A DNA stretch of 64,000 nt from assembly GCF_006345805.1 (NCBI RefSeq), contig NC_042998.1:3410001-3474000 (forward strand), written 5' to 3'. This stretch comes from Octopus sinensis. Its lineage: Eukaryota. A model generated the notes under the pieces. The model was not told where the DNA came from. It made no database searches and was given only the letters and a program-made list of their open reading frames with translations. The position numbers and the translations under genes were made by a program. This document shows positions 39,794 through 52,379 of this stretch, in pieces (within the stretch, counting starts at the first letter, position 1; every line of letters begins with the position of its first letter).

Positions 39794-40335
39794 ATTATAC
39801 AAAATTATCACAGGTAATAAAAAACCAAGAGGATGTTACAAGCTTACAGCAGGACCTAAACTCAATATGCAAGTGGGCCGAAAGAAGCAACATGCAGTTT
39901 AATGCTGGAAAATTTCAAGCACTGCACTATGAACACAGTACAATGTACATTAAAAGACTCGAAGTCACCACAATCCCAGAGTCACGGGCAGTGACAGACA
40001 CGTGGATCAGCAAATTAGCAAGATGGCAGCAAAGTGCAGACAAGTGGCAGGATGGATACTGAGATCCTTCAAGAGACCTAGAAACTATGTTGACCCTGTG
40101 GAGAACCTTTGTTGTCAGCCGCCAGGACTACAGTTCCCAGTTATGGTCAACACATACAGTGCCAAACTAACAGCGGAGCTTGAAACAACCCATCGCCACT
40201 ACACTAAAAAGATTGAAACAGTGCAGTGGGTGAGCTATAGGAATAGGCTGAGAAAACTACAGCTTTACTCCTTGGAGCGAAGGCGTTACAGATACACAAT
40301 AATATACATATGGAAAATCCTAGAAGGGCTAGATG
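39789..40335 (+). pseudogene. CR1/L2-like LINE RT C-terminal fragment, decayed
   Basis: [33 protein letters not shown]; [24 protein letters not shown]. Confidence 0.85.
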
Positions 40336-40364
40336 GTTTAACTTTTTGAGCAAACTTCTTTCCA

Positions 40365-40526
40365 TACATACATACATATATATATATATGCATACATACA
40401 TACATATATATATGTATGTATGTATGTATGCATGTATGTATGTATGTATTTATATATGTATATATTTATGTATGTATATATTTATATATGTATATTTATA
40501 TATGTATATATATATATTTATATATG

Positions 40527-40580
<54 letters not shown>

Positions 40581-40590
40581 ATTATATATT

Positions 40591-40622
<32 letters not shown>

Positions 40623-40748
40623 ATTATATATTTATATATATATATGTACATATAAATATGTATATATATGTATATATATTTGTATATTATATACATACTT
40701 GTATGTATATATACAGGTATATATATGTATATATATATATATATTATG

Positions 40749-40812
<64 letters not shown>

Positions 40813-40820
40813 TATATGTA
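40365..40820. repeat. (TA)n/(TATG)n array
   Basis: Direct inspection. Confidence 0.95.
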
Positions 40821-41098
40821 TATTTAAAGGGCTAAAAAACCACTATGCGGTCAGCCATATGCTAGAAGTATGCTAGTATGGCTGACCACATAGTGGTTTT
40901 TTAGCCCTTTAAATATACACATGTATTAGAATTTTCTCTGATTTTCCAGATTTTTGTATGCTAGGCTACTGGTTTTAAATTGATATTAATTAAATTAATA
41001 TTCAATTTATCTCCCTCATTATTTTATATATATATATATTTAGATATATATCTGTATGTATATATATACATGTATATATATGTATATATATATGCATA

Positions 41099-42545
41099 GA
41101 TTACATCGATATAAAGGAAGACGATGTAATAAAGGCTATAGTTGAAATGAAAACAGACTCAGCTACTGGCCCCGATGGATACCCGGCAATCCTCCTAAAA
41201 GTATATAAGAGAGTCCTAGCAAGACCACTGCAGTTCCTCTTTCAGAGCTTCCTTGCAGCTGGCAAACTTCCAAGAAAACTGAAGGAAGGTAAAATATGCC
41301 CTATTCCTAAAGGAGGTAGCAGAGCGGAGGCCAAGAACTACAGACCTATCTCTCTGACCTCACACATCAGCAAGGTCATGGAACGAATAGTCAGAAGGAA
41401 ACTGATCACCTTCCTTGAAGAAAATGACTTGCTGCCTGACACCCAACATGGTTTCCGACCAGGAAGAAGCTGCTTAACTCAGCTCCTACAACACTATGAC
41501 TGGGTGCTAAAACGACTGCTCAACCACTCAAATGTGGAAGTAATATATCTCGACTTTGCAAAGGCCTTTGATAAAGTCGATCATGGAATGATATGTCACA
41601 AACTGCGTGATCTTAGCATAGTTGGAAAACTGGGAGAATGGCTTCATGACTTTCTGAAAGATAGAAGTCAGGTGATAGTAGCCAATGGGGCCACTTCCAT
41701 TAACACGCAAATAGTGAGCGGTGTTCCGCAGGGCACTGTTTTGGGACCACTACTGTTCATAATGGCCCTCTCAGACATGCCCTCAGCCACGCAGAGAGCC
41801 ACGATCACAAGTTATGCAGATGATACAAAAGTTTCACTGGCAATACAGAACCCTGAGGACACTAAACGCCTGCAATGTGAGCTGGACAAAATATACAAGT
41901 GGGCTGAAAAGAATAGCATGCAGTTCAATGCTGAAAAGTTTCAAGCTTTATGCTATCAGCATGCAAAACTAAATGCAATACCCAATGAATACACTGGACC
42001 CGGAGGAATTGCAATCCCAGAGGCACAGTCAGTGCGTGACCTGGGTATTTACATGAGTGATGACGCAACATTTCGTGTACATGTTGCTAAATTGACAATG
42101 AAATGTAGACGACTGGCCGGATGGATTCTCAGAACCTTTAGAACAAGAGAACAAGAAACAATGATGGTCCTCTGGAGGACACTTGTCCTAAGCCACTTTG
42201 ACTATTGCTCTCAGCTATGGTCACCATCCAGTGTCAAGTTGATCACAGAACTTGAGGCGATCCAACGTAGCTACACGAAGAAGATAGCCTCTGTGCAGAA
42301 TATAAGCTACTGGGAAAGACTCAAGAGATGTCTTTAAAATGAAACTGGATCTTTTCTTGTCAGGTATCCCAGATGAACCAACTTCACGGCAGGAGGTGCA
42401 GATGAGGACAGCTGCATCGAACTCTCTCATGCACCAAATGGCAGTTGCTAAAAAGCATTCGTGAAGTAAAACCATGTAGCAACACCAAATGGCAGTGCTC
42501 CAGCATGGCCACAGCTCGTGAGCTGAAACTAGAATCAATCAATCA
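41099..42545 (+). mobile_element. 5'-truncated CR1/L2-like LINE with internal deletion near 42330 and (AATC)n tail
   Basis: Starts in (TA)n; after LKR the sequence jumps to the terminal LDLFLSGIPDEP segment, missing the YSLERRR block present at ~40260. Confidence 0.9.
41147..42337 (+). CDS. Non-LTR reverse transcriptase domain, open for 396 aa
   Basis: GPDG, NYRPISLTS, QHGFRPGRSC, DFAKAFDKV, GVPQGTVLGPLLF, YADD. Confidence 0.92.
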   Translation: MKTDSATGPDGYPAILLKVYKRVLARPLQFLFQSFLAAGKLPRKLKEGKICPIPKGGSRAEAKNYRPISLTSHISKVMERIVRRKLITFLEENDLLPDTQHGFRPGRSCLTQLLQHYDWVLKRLLNHSNVEVIYLDFAKAFDKVDHGMICHKLRDLSIVGKLGEWLHDFLKDRSQVIVANGATSINTQIVSGVPQGTVLGPLLFIMALSDMPSATQRATITSYADDTKVSLAIQNPEDTKRLQCELDKIYKWAEKNSMQFNAEKFQALCYQHAKLNAIPNEYTGPGGIAIPEAQSVRDLGIYMSDDATFRVHVAKLTMKCRRLAGWILRTFRTREQETMMVLWRTLVLSHFDYCSQLWSPSSVKLITELEAIQRSYTKKIASVQNISYWERLKRCL

Positions 42546-42878
42546 ACCAATCAATCAATGCATATATATATGTATATATGTATGTGTGTGTATATATATG
42601 TATATATGTATATATATGTATATATATATATATGTATATATACATATGTATGCATATATATAAGTGTATATATGCATATATATGTATATATGTGTATATA
42701 TATGCATATATTTATGTTTATATGTATACAGGTAGCTATATGTATATATACATATGCATATGTAATATGAGTGTATATATATATTTATATATCTATCTAT
42801 CTATATATATATTTATATGTATATATACTTATATATATACGTATATATGTGTTTATATATATATATATATGTATATGT

Positions 42879-42955
<77 letters not shown>

Positions 42956-42975
42956 TAGATAGATAGATAGATAGA
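42530..42975. repeat. (AATC)n, (TA)n and (GATA)n array
   Basis: Direct inspection. Confidence 0.95.
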
Positions 42976-44217
42976 TAAAACTTACTTGGAAAAGGATGCG
43001 TGGTGTTCGGTCATGTAATAATATGAATAATATATAAATATATGCATATATATATGTATATGTACATGCATATACGGGTACAGGACATGAAAAAATGAGA
43101 AACGAAAACATAAAAAACAAAAACATAGAAATGAACTTTTTTTCGGACAACGAATGAAAAAAAACCCAGAGAAACGAGACATACAGCATAAAGAAAATTC
43201 CCCTTCTTCGGTTGTCCCTATGTCAACTACTCCGCGTTTCGAAGGATTCATTGAAAGAGTCCTTCCCTTCTTAGATACATTGCGCCATGGGGAAAGACGT
43301 AATGGACACTACTGGAATGCGTTTTGAAATAATAGATCATTCCTGTTACCATCAGGTTTAAATAACATTCTCAATTACTCACTCCTCTTTAATGAAACTA
43401 TTGTGTGTGCGCATGCCTGCGCGCGAAAATTATTTTGCGTTACTTGTCTCGAAATTTATCGTCAATTTTAATCTATTTCAATTTAGGAGCACTCTCAACC
43501 GATTTATTATCAATTATAAGCTCTGTTCTGTAAACAAAAATTATGTCACTGGATCCTACTGTATTGCATTTATTTCAGTAAGGTGTATTAGTTGTCTTTT
43601 AACTGCAGTTGGACCACCTGGGGTGTTTAGCCGTTTACCATTTTCTGTTTTCATATTTTAACATATGAAAACGTCATTGTAAGCGAAACACGTCAGTCGT
43701 TTCGACTAACTCTCTGTTCTATAAGTATTTTAGGATGTCTTTGTTTCCTTTACGCACCAATGCCACAAACACAAAGAAGGTGAGCACTTTTTATGTTGCG
43801 ATCTTCATTTCTCAGTTTTTATCTTTATGAAACATGAGATAGTAAATATATAGCTGGTTTTGAATACAGAACCAAGGAAGAAATCGTGTATAGACTTACA
43901 AGCCATTGTTGTCTGCCTGTATGTATAGAAAGAGTTCTCGTAGACGAGAATGAAGACTGAGATAAAGTTTTTGTTAACTCTCTAAGGTAATGCGAGAGAA
44001 TGTAACGTTGTTAATTTTGGTGCATTAACCATTTATAAAAGTATACTTTCAGAAAACTAATAATCGCATTAGTCACTGTTTTAGTAAGTAATGACGAGGC
44101 TGCAGAACTATATGACAGGACAGGCAACTGTAGCATATGAAGTTTATGCCTTTCTCAAAATCTTTCACTTTACCAATCACTCCATCAAAGTCATTGCCAG
44201 GACAAACATCTGTCTGT

Positions 44218-44260
44218 CAACGTTTCGGCTGATATACCCTCCAGCCTTCATCAGGTATCT
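44218..44260 (-). ncRNA. Minimal hammerhead core (helix I partner truncated)
   Basis: Minus strand: CUGAUGA-A-GGCUG(gaggguauau)CAGCC-GAAAC-GUU. Confidence 0.65.
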
Positions 44261-45850
44261 TGGGGAAATTTCTCATCCCTAAAGTATTTTTCGATGTTGT
44301 TGTTGTTGTTATTATTATTATTATTATTATTAATAATATTCAGGTCACTGCCTGGGATGGAAATCGGAATCTTGGGGTTAGTAACACGCGCTCTTAACCA
44401 CTACGACATATGTCCGTGGGCAATTACGGAGTGAATTTTAGGGCTTATAAATCTAATATTTCCCTATCCTTCCTTAATACCGGTTCCCATATGCTATTCA
44501 TATCTTCACTCGGTCTGCTTAGGAGGTTGTTGTTTCCTAGCATATGTACTGCTTCTTTTAGTTTTCGTATTTTCCTGTAGTGTTCTCTGTCTATTATTTT
44601 AACTTCATCCCACAAGGGGGAGGTGTTCCCCATTGTTCCATACATGATCTGCTATACCCGATTTATCAATATCTCCTTGTGTCATAGCTTTACGATGTTC
44701 CTCTACCCCTATTTTGAGGGGGGCGGCATGTTTCGCCTTTGTATGACCTAATACAGTTGAATGGGATGGAGTACACGCTGTTTTTGGTCATATTCTCTTC
44801 TATTGGTGGTTTTACTCGAAGGAGATATTTGCGAATTGTTGTATTACTCTTAAATACTGTCTTGATGTCATATGGGCCGCATATCTTTTGTATCATTTCG
44901 GAGAGGCCTTTCACATAGGGTAGACAGTTTATTGGTTTCATCCCCTCTTTTCTTCATAATTGGAGTGGATAGTATGCTTTTTGGGGTAGTTGTTGCTTAA
45001 TAGATTGTTACTGAGATTGATCATTTCTTCGTGGTGGGTATCATCACGAATATTCTTTGCTCGATGTTTTAAGGACTGAGCAATCCTTCTCTTTACACTG
45101 TTTGGATGGTGGGAATTGAAGTTGAGGTATCGTCCAGTGAAGGTCGGTTTGCGGTATACCGATGTCCTGAATCCATACTTGGTGCGTAATTAATACGTCC
45201 AGGAATGTAAACTGTATGGCTGGCTTTATTGAGTTCTCGTGATCTAACAGCACTTAGACATATTCCTTGTTGGGCCAGAGAATAAATGTGTCATCAACAT
45301 ATCGCAGCCATAGGGTTGGTTTTAGTGGTGTTGATCCTAAAGCCAACTTCTCAAAGTATTCCATGTATATATTGGCTATTATCGGTGATAATGGCAAACC
45401 CATTGCTAGATTCTCTTCCTGCCGATGTATATCAGTGTCCATACTGAAGTAGGTAGTTTCTACACAGAAGGTCAACATTTCTTATTGGTATACTAGTGCG
45501 CTCTTTTAGATGGGTGTCAATCACTAGTTTTTCTTGAATCACCGATAATGCTTCACCAGTTGGAACTGTGGTGAACAGACTTATCACATCCAGACTCATC
45601 ATCTGGTTGGATTCAATGGGGGTATCCTTGATCAATTCTCTGAAGTGGGTGGAATTCTTCCCATATGATGTTGACTTTCCTGCTAATGGACTGATTATAT
45701 CTACAAGGAAGCGGCTCAGTGGATGACATGCTGAATCGCTACAGCTCACTATAGGTCTTAATGGAATACCATCCTTGTGAATCTTAGAGAGACCATATAT
45801 GTGTGGTAGTTTACTGTACTTTGAGCGAAGGGACTCGGATGATGGCATTC
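44218..45850 (-). mobile_element. Decayed Penelope-like element (RT + GIY-YIG + 3' tRNA-like segment/HHR)
   Basis: IYGLSKIHKDGIPLRPIVS, SLDVISLFTTVP, AMGLPLSPIIANIYME, WLRYVDDTF, FLDV, LPYVKGLSE, VYSIP..YKGET, RKLKEA; frameshifted. Confidence 0.9.
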
Positions 45851-46477
45851 ATTCCAGTATTTGGCTGGTGCTTTAATTTATCGATCTCGAAAAGTTTAAA
45901 GGCAAAATTGACCCGAGCGAATGTTTTGCTCAAAACGAAAAGAAGCAGGGCAAATGCCACAAAGAACTTTTCCGATTCCCTACAAATTCTGTCAGCCCAC
46001 TGCGCACTGTATTTTTAAATAACAACAATAATAAATACTATTATAACCTTACATAGATGTTTTGTGTGTGCGTGTGTTTGTGTGTGTTTGTATGTGTTTG
46101 TGTGTGTTTGTGTGTGTTTGTATGTGTTTGTGTGTTTGTGTGTGTTTGTGTGTGTGCGTGTGTGCGTGTGTGTTTGTGTGTGTTCGCTTTTGAACCTCTT
46201 TGATATTAAATTACGCACTGAATGGACAATGGAGTTTCTGTATATAAGTGGTGCAAATATAGAGATAATCATAACGCATATCATGTACCGTTCTGTTCTA
46301 TAACCTCACTTAAATAATGGCACAAATCCGTTCGGGAACACATATTGGAACACAGCATGTTACGCTAACGGTGTAATGGCAGGGGAGTGCTTTGAAAGGT
46401 TGTTCACACGATAACAGCTGGATAGTAACAACACATTGAAATGCAATCATTGTTGACTACTACTACTACTATTACTG

Positions 46478-46522
<45 letters not shown>

Positions 46523-46574
46523 TCTCCTCTATCTATGTGTATGCGTGCATATGTGTTGTTTATAAACATTATAT

Positions 46575-46621
<47 letters not shown>

Positions 46622-46676
46622 CGTATTTGTTCTAAATTATATTTTATAAAGCAAAAAAATTGCACGTTTTAAGAGA

Positions 46677-46794
46677 TATTACAGGTCAACGGTTTTGTAC
46701 TTTTACTTTGCATTTCAATATTTCAGAGTTCGCAACAGAATTTTCGGGAAAATATTGAAATAAAGGTAAAAGTACAAACAATTGACCTGCAATA
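46677..46794. mobile_element. Small hairpin MITE, possible Tc1/mariner-type ends
   Basis: tattacaggtcaacggttttgtacttttac..ttcaatatttc versus gaaaatattgaaa..gtaaaagtacaaacaattgacctgcaata. Confidence 0.55.
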
Positions 46795-46988
46795 CTACTT
46801 ATAATTTACATTGTTTAGGCTTAATAATAGACATCTGTTTGATATATATATATATATATATATATAACAATTTAGGAGTGACCCTAACAGGTCATTCGTC
46901 CACCAGAAAGAGCAGCCATAACTCACACCACCAAGTAGTAGTAATTCAGAAATTAGGTGAAAATTTAAAAACATTTACCCCAATTCAT

Positions 46989-47089
46989 CTTTTAGACGTT
47001 GCAACGTTTCTGTGTCATTAATGATTAAATTAGCTTAATTAAATTAAATTAAGCCAATCTACCATAGGTTACACTTCATCAGTAAAAAA
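46989..47089 (-). ncRNA. Type I hammerhead motif with 12-nt palindromic helix III
   Basis: UUUUUA-CUGAUGA-A-GUGU..ACAC-A-GAAA-CGUUGCAACG-UC-UAAAAG; A.A mismatch at the base of helix II. Confidence 0.6.
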
Positions 47090-47143
47090 CCTGGGAGAGA
47101 CAAATATACACGAGGCGTCTGTATCGATGCTACCCTATATTGA

Positions 47144-47187
<44 letters not shown>

Positions 47188-47669
47188 ATTTAGATTCAGT
47201 TTAATTAGGTACTTAAATTGAGGCACCTTGTTAGGTTGAACTTCATTGCTCACTCAAACGATATTAGGTGAGTATCAAACTCTACACAGAATATTTTTCC
47301 ATCCGATTTTCATGCAGTGTATGCAGCGGGCACGATCCATCTTAGTGCATAAGTCCACTCTTGTTTGTTCAGACTTGTACTTTATATAAGTATACTTTCC
47401 GGAATCCAGGGTAGGTGAGTAAAATAGAAATGAGTAACAAAGTGTGGCCGCATCTGTGCTATCATCTGATGATAATGGTTTTCTTTGTTACATCTTTGTT
47501 ACTCGTCTATATTATATAGAATGGTACCTAAACAATTGTAACCAATATTGGACTTACGTCGCTATACTGATATCTTCATATTATTCCTTGTCTTACATAC
47601 GTGTGTGTGTGTCTGTGCGAGCGTGTATAATACATACACAAATATTTCATCGTCTGTCTTTTACTTGTT

Positions 47670-48045
47670 TTAGTCGTTGGACGGCAGCAATTCAGGGGCT
47701 CTGTCTTGAAGGGTTTTTGTCGAATAAATCAGCCCCAGTCGTATTTTAAGTCGAGTACTTATTCTATCATTTGTTGTTGTCGAATCGCTAAGTTACTGAG
47801 ACGTAGACAAACCAATGCCGGTTGTCAGCGGTGTTAGGTGATAATCATAAAAACACACACATGCACAGCGGCCTTCCACACAGTTTCCGCCTACCAAATC
47901 CACTTACAAGGTATTGGTCGGCCCCGACCCATATAAAACACTTTCCAATGGTGCCGTACAGTGGAGCTGAACCTAAAAGTACATGATTGGCAAGCGAGCT
48001 TCTTAATCCAAAAGCTTTACAAACATGCCTACTTGCAAACACGCG
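47670..48045 (-). mobile_element. SINE family B, diverged
   Basis: gtcgaatcgctaagttac..ttccgcctaccaaatccacttacaagg..ggtgccgtacagtggagctgaacc. Confidence 0.65.
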
Positions 48046-48070
48046 CAAGTGCATACTAATATATATATAT

Positions 48071-48410
48071 AGGCGCATGGCTCAGTGGTTAGAGCGACGA
48101 GCTTACGATCGTGAGGTTGTGAGCTCGAATCCCGGACCGGGCTGCGTGTTGTATTCTTGAGCAAGGCACTTTATTTTCACGCTGCTCCAGTTCACTCAAC
48201 TGTAGAAATGAGTTGCGACGTCACTGGTGCCAAGCTGTATCGACCTTTGTCTTTCCCTTGGATAACACTGGTGGCGTGGAGAGGGGAGGCCGGTATGCAT
48301 GGGCGACTGCTGGCCTTCCATAAACAACCTTGCCCGGACTTGTGTCTAGGAGGGTAACTTTCTAGGTGCAATCCCATGGTCATTCATGACCGAAGGGGGT
48401 CTTTACCCTT
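48071..48410 (+). mobile_element. CORE-like SINE (family C variant)
   Basis: ggcgcatggctcagtggttagagc..tcgaatccc, then ttcttgagcaaggcactttattttcac. Confidence 0.85.
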
Positions 48411-48440
48411 ATATATAAAATGACTGAAACAAGAATAAAA

Positions 48441-48489
<49 letters not shown>

Positions 48490-48490
<1 letters not shown>

Positions 48491-48950
48491 TTTTTTTACT
48501 TCTTTCCGTCATTTTACAACATCCATGCTGGAACGCCACCTTGTAGAGGCTTATAGTCAAACAAATCGACCCCAGGACTTATTATTTTAAGCCTAGTACT
48601 TGTTCCATCGATCTCTTTTGCCGAACCGCTAATTTACGGTGCGCTAATAAACGCACCAACACCGGTTGTCAGGCAGTGATGGGAGAAGAAGCACAAAGAC
48701 ACACACGCAACACACACACACATACACACACACACATACATACACACATACACACACACACAAACTCACACACACACATATATATACATATACATATATA
48801 CGACGGGCTTCTTTCAGTTTCCGTCTCCGAAATCCACTCACAAAGCTTAAGTGTGTCCGAGACTATAGTTGAGAACACCAGAGGTTCCACGCAATGGTAC
48901 TGAACCCGGAACCATGTGGCCGGAAAGTAAGCGTCTTGCTACGCCTGCGC
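48490..48950 (-). mobile_element. SINE family B with internal (CA)n
   Basis: Match to the family B consensus. Confidence 0.8.
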
Positions 48951-49180
48951 CTATATATATAATCTGTTATATTGAGTGCCCTTAACTTCAATGTTATCAA
49001 GTTACCTGATTTATATTGTGTGTGTGTGTGTGTCCCTTTCCGTTTTTGATTCGAATCCATGAAGGGCGAATTTGTCTTTCATAATGAAATAAGTAGAAAT
49101 GAATTGCTAAAAACAATATACTCGACTGCACCCCTTGCAGAAATTGTGACCTTGTGCTAAATTTAGACTTGATTATTCAA

Positions 49181-49253
<73 letters not shown>

Positions 49254-49259
49254 TATTTA

Positions 49260-50508
49260 TTGAGTCATCCCATAAATAATGCGGGTTTTTTCAATTGCAT
49301 GAACTAAAAGTCGGAGGGGGACAGGATAAACTGCCTGCATCAACTTGCTATAAAAGCAGTTAGTAATTTTACCCTATTCTTAGTGCAAGTTTTGAAGAGT
49401 GCAGTTCACTTTTAACTGTTATTTTTCCAAAGCTATAATGGAAGTGACAAAGGAGCATATTCAGCATATTTTGCTTTATGAGTTCAATAAAAGTAACAAT
49501 GCTATGGAAAGTGTGACAAATATTAATGCAGTATTTGGTGATCGGATAATAAGCGTAAACCGATGTCAACTGTGGTTCCAGAAATTCCGAGCCGGAAACC
49601 ACAGCTTAGAAAACGAGCACCGTCCTGGAAGATCTGTAGAGCTCGACGAGGACATCATGCAAACCCTGGCGGAACAAAATCTCAGCGTAACTGTTGAGGA
49701 ACTAACAGGGAAACTTGGATTTGGCCAGTCAACCATTCATCAACACCTACGTGCCATCGGAGAAGTCAGCAAATTGAGTGAATGGGTTCCTTACAAACTT
49801 TCTAATCGAGCGCAGAGAGTGAATGCGAGACCTTCTTTGCTGTCACGTCTCACAAATGAGCCTTTTTTGGGCTGAATAGTGACAAGTGATGAGAAATGGC
49901 TTCTCTACAAAAATGTCAAGCGCCGAAGACATTGGGTAGGGAAAGCTAAAGAAGGTTTTTACCTACGTAAGTTGTTATCTGTTTGGTGGGATATGAAAGG
50001 TTTAGTTCACTTTGAACTTTTAAACCCAAACCAAACGATAACAAAGGAGATCTACTACGGGCAGCTTGAGCGACCTAAGTCGGCGCTAGAAGAAAAACAA
50101 CCACCTTTGGTTTCAAGACGAAAGGTGTTCTTCCATCAGAATAATGCTCGACCACATGCAGCAAGGATAACATTTCAAAGGCTGGAGCAGTTTGGATGGG
50201 CAACGATGCCCCACCCACCATATTCGCCGGACATTTTCCCATGTGAGTATCATTTATTCTGCAGTCTTCAAAATCATTTGGACGGAAAAATTATGAATTC
50301 TATAGACGAGGTCAGAACAGTACTAGAGGAGTATTTTTCGAGAGGGACAAGTGAATTTTGAAAGAAGGGTCTTGCAAGTCAACCAGATAGATGGAAAAGC
50401 ATTGTAGAAAATGAAGGAGATTATATTTTAAATTAAAAAGAATTTTGTTTATCTTAATTTTGAAAAATAAAAGTATACAAAAACCGCATAATTTATGGAA
50501 TGCCCCAA
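49260..50508 (+). mobile_element. Full-length mariner transposon, inactive
   Basis: TIRs ttgagtcatcccataaataatgcgggttttt / aaaaaccgcataatttatggaatgccccaa; TA on both flanks (49258-49259, 50509-50510). Confidence 0.92.
49438..50436 (+). pseudogene. Mariner (DD34D) transposase pseudogene
   Basis: HTH region, WVPYKL, TSDEKW, HQNNARPH (D>N), HPPYSPDIFPCEY (D>E); in-frame stops at 49873-49875 and 50359-50361. Confidence 0.92.
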
Positions 50509-51350
50509 TATATTTATGTGTCTGCTTGTTTTGCTTTGTATTAGACATAATGCAGATGTGTGCTTAATATCTTAGATGTAAGGCATCGCTATTCAGTTCT
50601 CTCTATAGATACGTACATAATATACAAATAATGTATTATCAGCCAACCGGTTTTCTCGTGACTGCTTTCTCATTCAATAACTATATTTGTAATTCTGTGC
50701 TTTATCTTTTGTAAGAATTCGTCTTATCTACTATAGCGTGCTTGAAATAGCGACATCATTGACGACAAATCTTGCAATACCACTTACAACATTTCCATCA
50801 CCACCACCACCACCAGCAACAACAACTACAGCAACCATGGCATTGTCTTCATGGCGGTCGTTGTTATCGCCATTGTTTATATCAACAGTACACACTGACA
50901 GTAATTATGATAGCAAAGAAAAGAAGAAAGTGAAATATATATATAGAAAAACAAATAAAATTGCTTCAGGCTTTCGCTTTCTAATGCACTTTTAGTATGG
51001 AAGTCAGGCGTATTTATTTGGTTTCTAATATCCTAGTCTGAAGCCAATATATATATATATATATATAATTAATTAATAAGGGTGAGAGAATTAGATACTA
51101 ATTTAATAGTATATTTATTCAACACCAAGTGGCCTAGTGCTACGAGAAACCTGGATTATTATAATATTTTATAACATATTATAATATTTTTACAAAATAA
51201 ATATAAGAGAGTGGTCACTATATTGCTCACTCTAGCACCAGTTAATCCAAAAGGTTTCAACCACGAAAATACATGTTTCCCATGAAAGCCAGTACGACTG
51301 TTAGCTCACACGGACAGGGCAAGTAAAAAATAACAAAAATACAGATTATT

Positions 51351-51428
51351 TTGGGACAATTGTTTCGCTATTAATGAATTAAATGTAATATTACTTACAA
51401 AAAAATCCATTTGTAGCTCGTCAGCCAA
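51351..51428 (-). ncRNA. Type I hammerhead ribozyme (copy 1, minus strand)
   Basis: Reverse complement of 51768-51845. Confidence 0.85.
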
Positions 51429-51767
51429 GACTATCTGGATGAAATCCACTCAATCACACGCCAGATTTTACCATAACGATAAATACGCGTGTGGTTCAAT
51501 TGATTACATCCGACGTTATAATTCAAATGCCCCAACCAACAGCGCGCCAAACTTTCACGGAAAACAAATACAGCATTTAGAAATAAATGCAGCATAATTA
51601 TAATTAATTAATAAGGGTGAGAGAATTAGATACTAATTTAATAGTATATTTATTCAACACCAAGTGGCCTAGTGCTATAACGTCGGATGTAATCAATTGA
51701 ACCACACGCGTATTTATCGTTATGGTAAAATCTGGCGTGTGATTGAGTGGATTTCATCCAGATAGTC

Positions 51768-51845
51768 TTGGCTGACGAGCTACAAATGGATTTTTTTGTA
51801 AGTAATATTACATTTAATTCATTAATAGCGAAACAATTGTCCCAA
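51768..51845 (+). ncRNA. Type I hammerhead ribozyme (copy 2)
   Basis: UUGG-CUGACGA(51772-51778)-GCUA..UAGC-GAAA(51830-51833)-C-AAUU-GUC(51839-51841)-CCAA. Confidence 0.88.
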
Positions 51846-52301
51846 AATAATCTGTATTTTTGTTATTTTTTACTTGCCCTGTCCGTGTGAGCTAACAGTC
51901 GTACTGGCTTTCATGGGAAACATGTATTTTCGTGGTTGAAACCTTTTGGATTAACTGGTGCTAGAGTGAGCAATATAGTGACCACTCTCTTATATTTATT
52001 TTGTAAAAATATTATAATATGTTATAAATATTATAATAATCCAGGTTTCTCGTAGCACTAGGCCACTTGGTGTTGAATAAATATACTATTAAATTAGTAT
52101 CTAATTCTCTCACCCTTATTAATTAATTATAATTATGCTGCATTTATTTCTAAATGCTGTATTTGTTTTCCGTGAAAGTTTGGCGCGCTGTTGGTTGGGG
52201 CATTTGAATTATAACGTCGGATGTAATCAATTGAACCACACGCGTATTTATCGTTATGGTAAAATCTGGCGTGTGATTGAGTGGATTTCATCCAGATAGT
52301 C

Positions 52302-52379
52302 TTGGCTGACGAGCTACAAATGGATTTTTTTGTAAGTAATATTACATTTAATTCATTAATAGCGAAACAATTGTCCCAA
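52302..52379 (+). ncRNA. Type I hammerhead ribozyme (copy 3)
   Basis: Identical motif; GUC at 52373-52375, 534 nt downstream of copy 2. Confidence 0.88.

Noticed and set aside
42980-43360. CGAAACGCGG motif (minus) and an adjacent LPFLDT peptide (plus) suggesting PLE debris
   Set aside because: The CUGANGA half is absent and the fragments are too short to call an HHR or an element.
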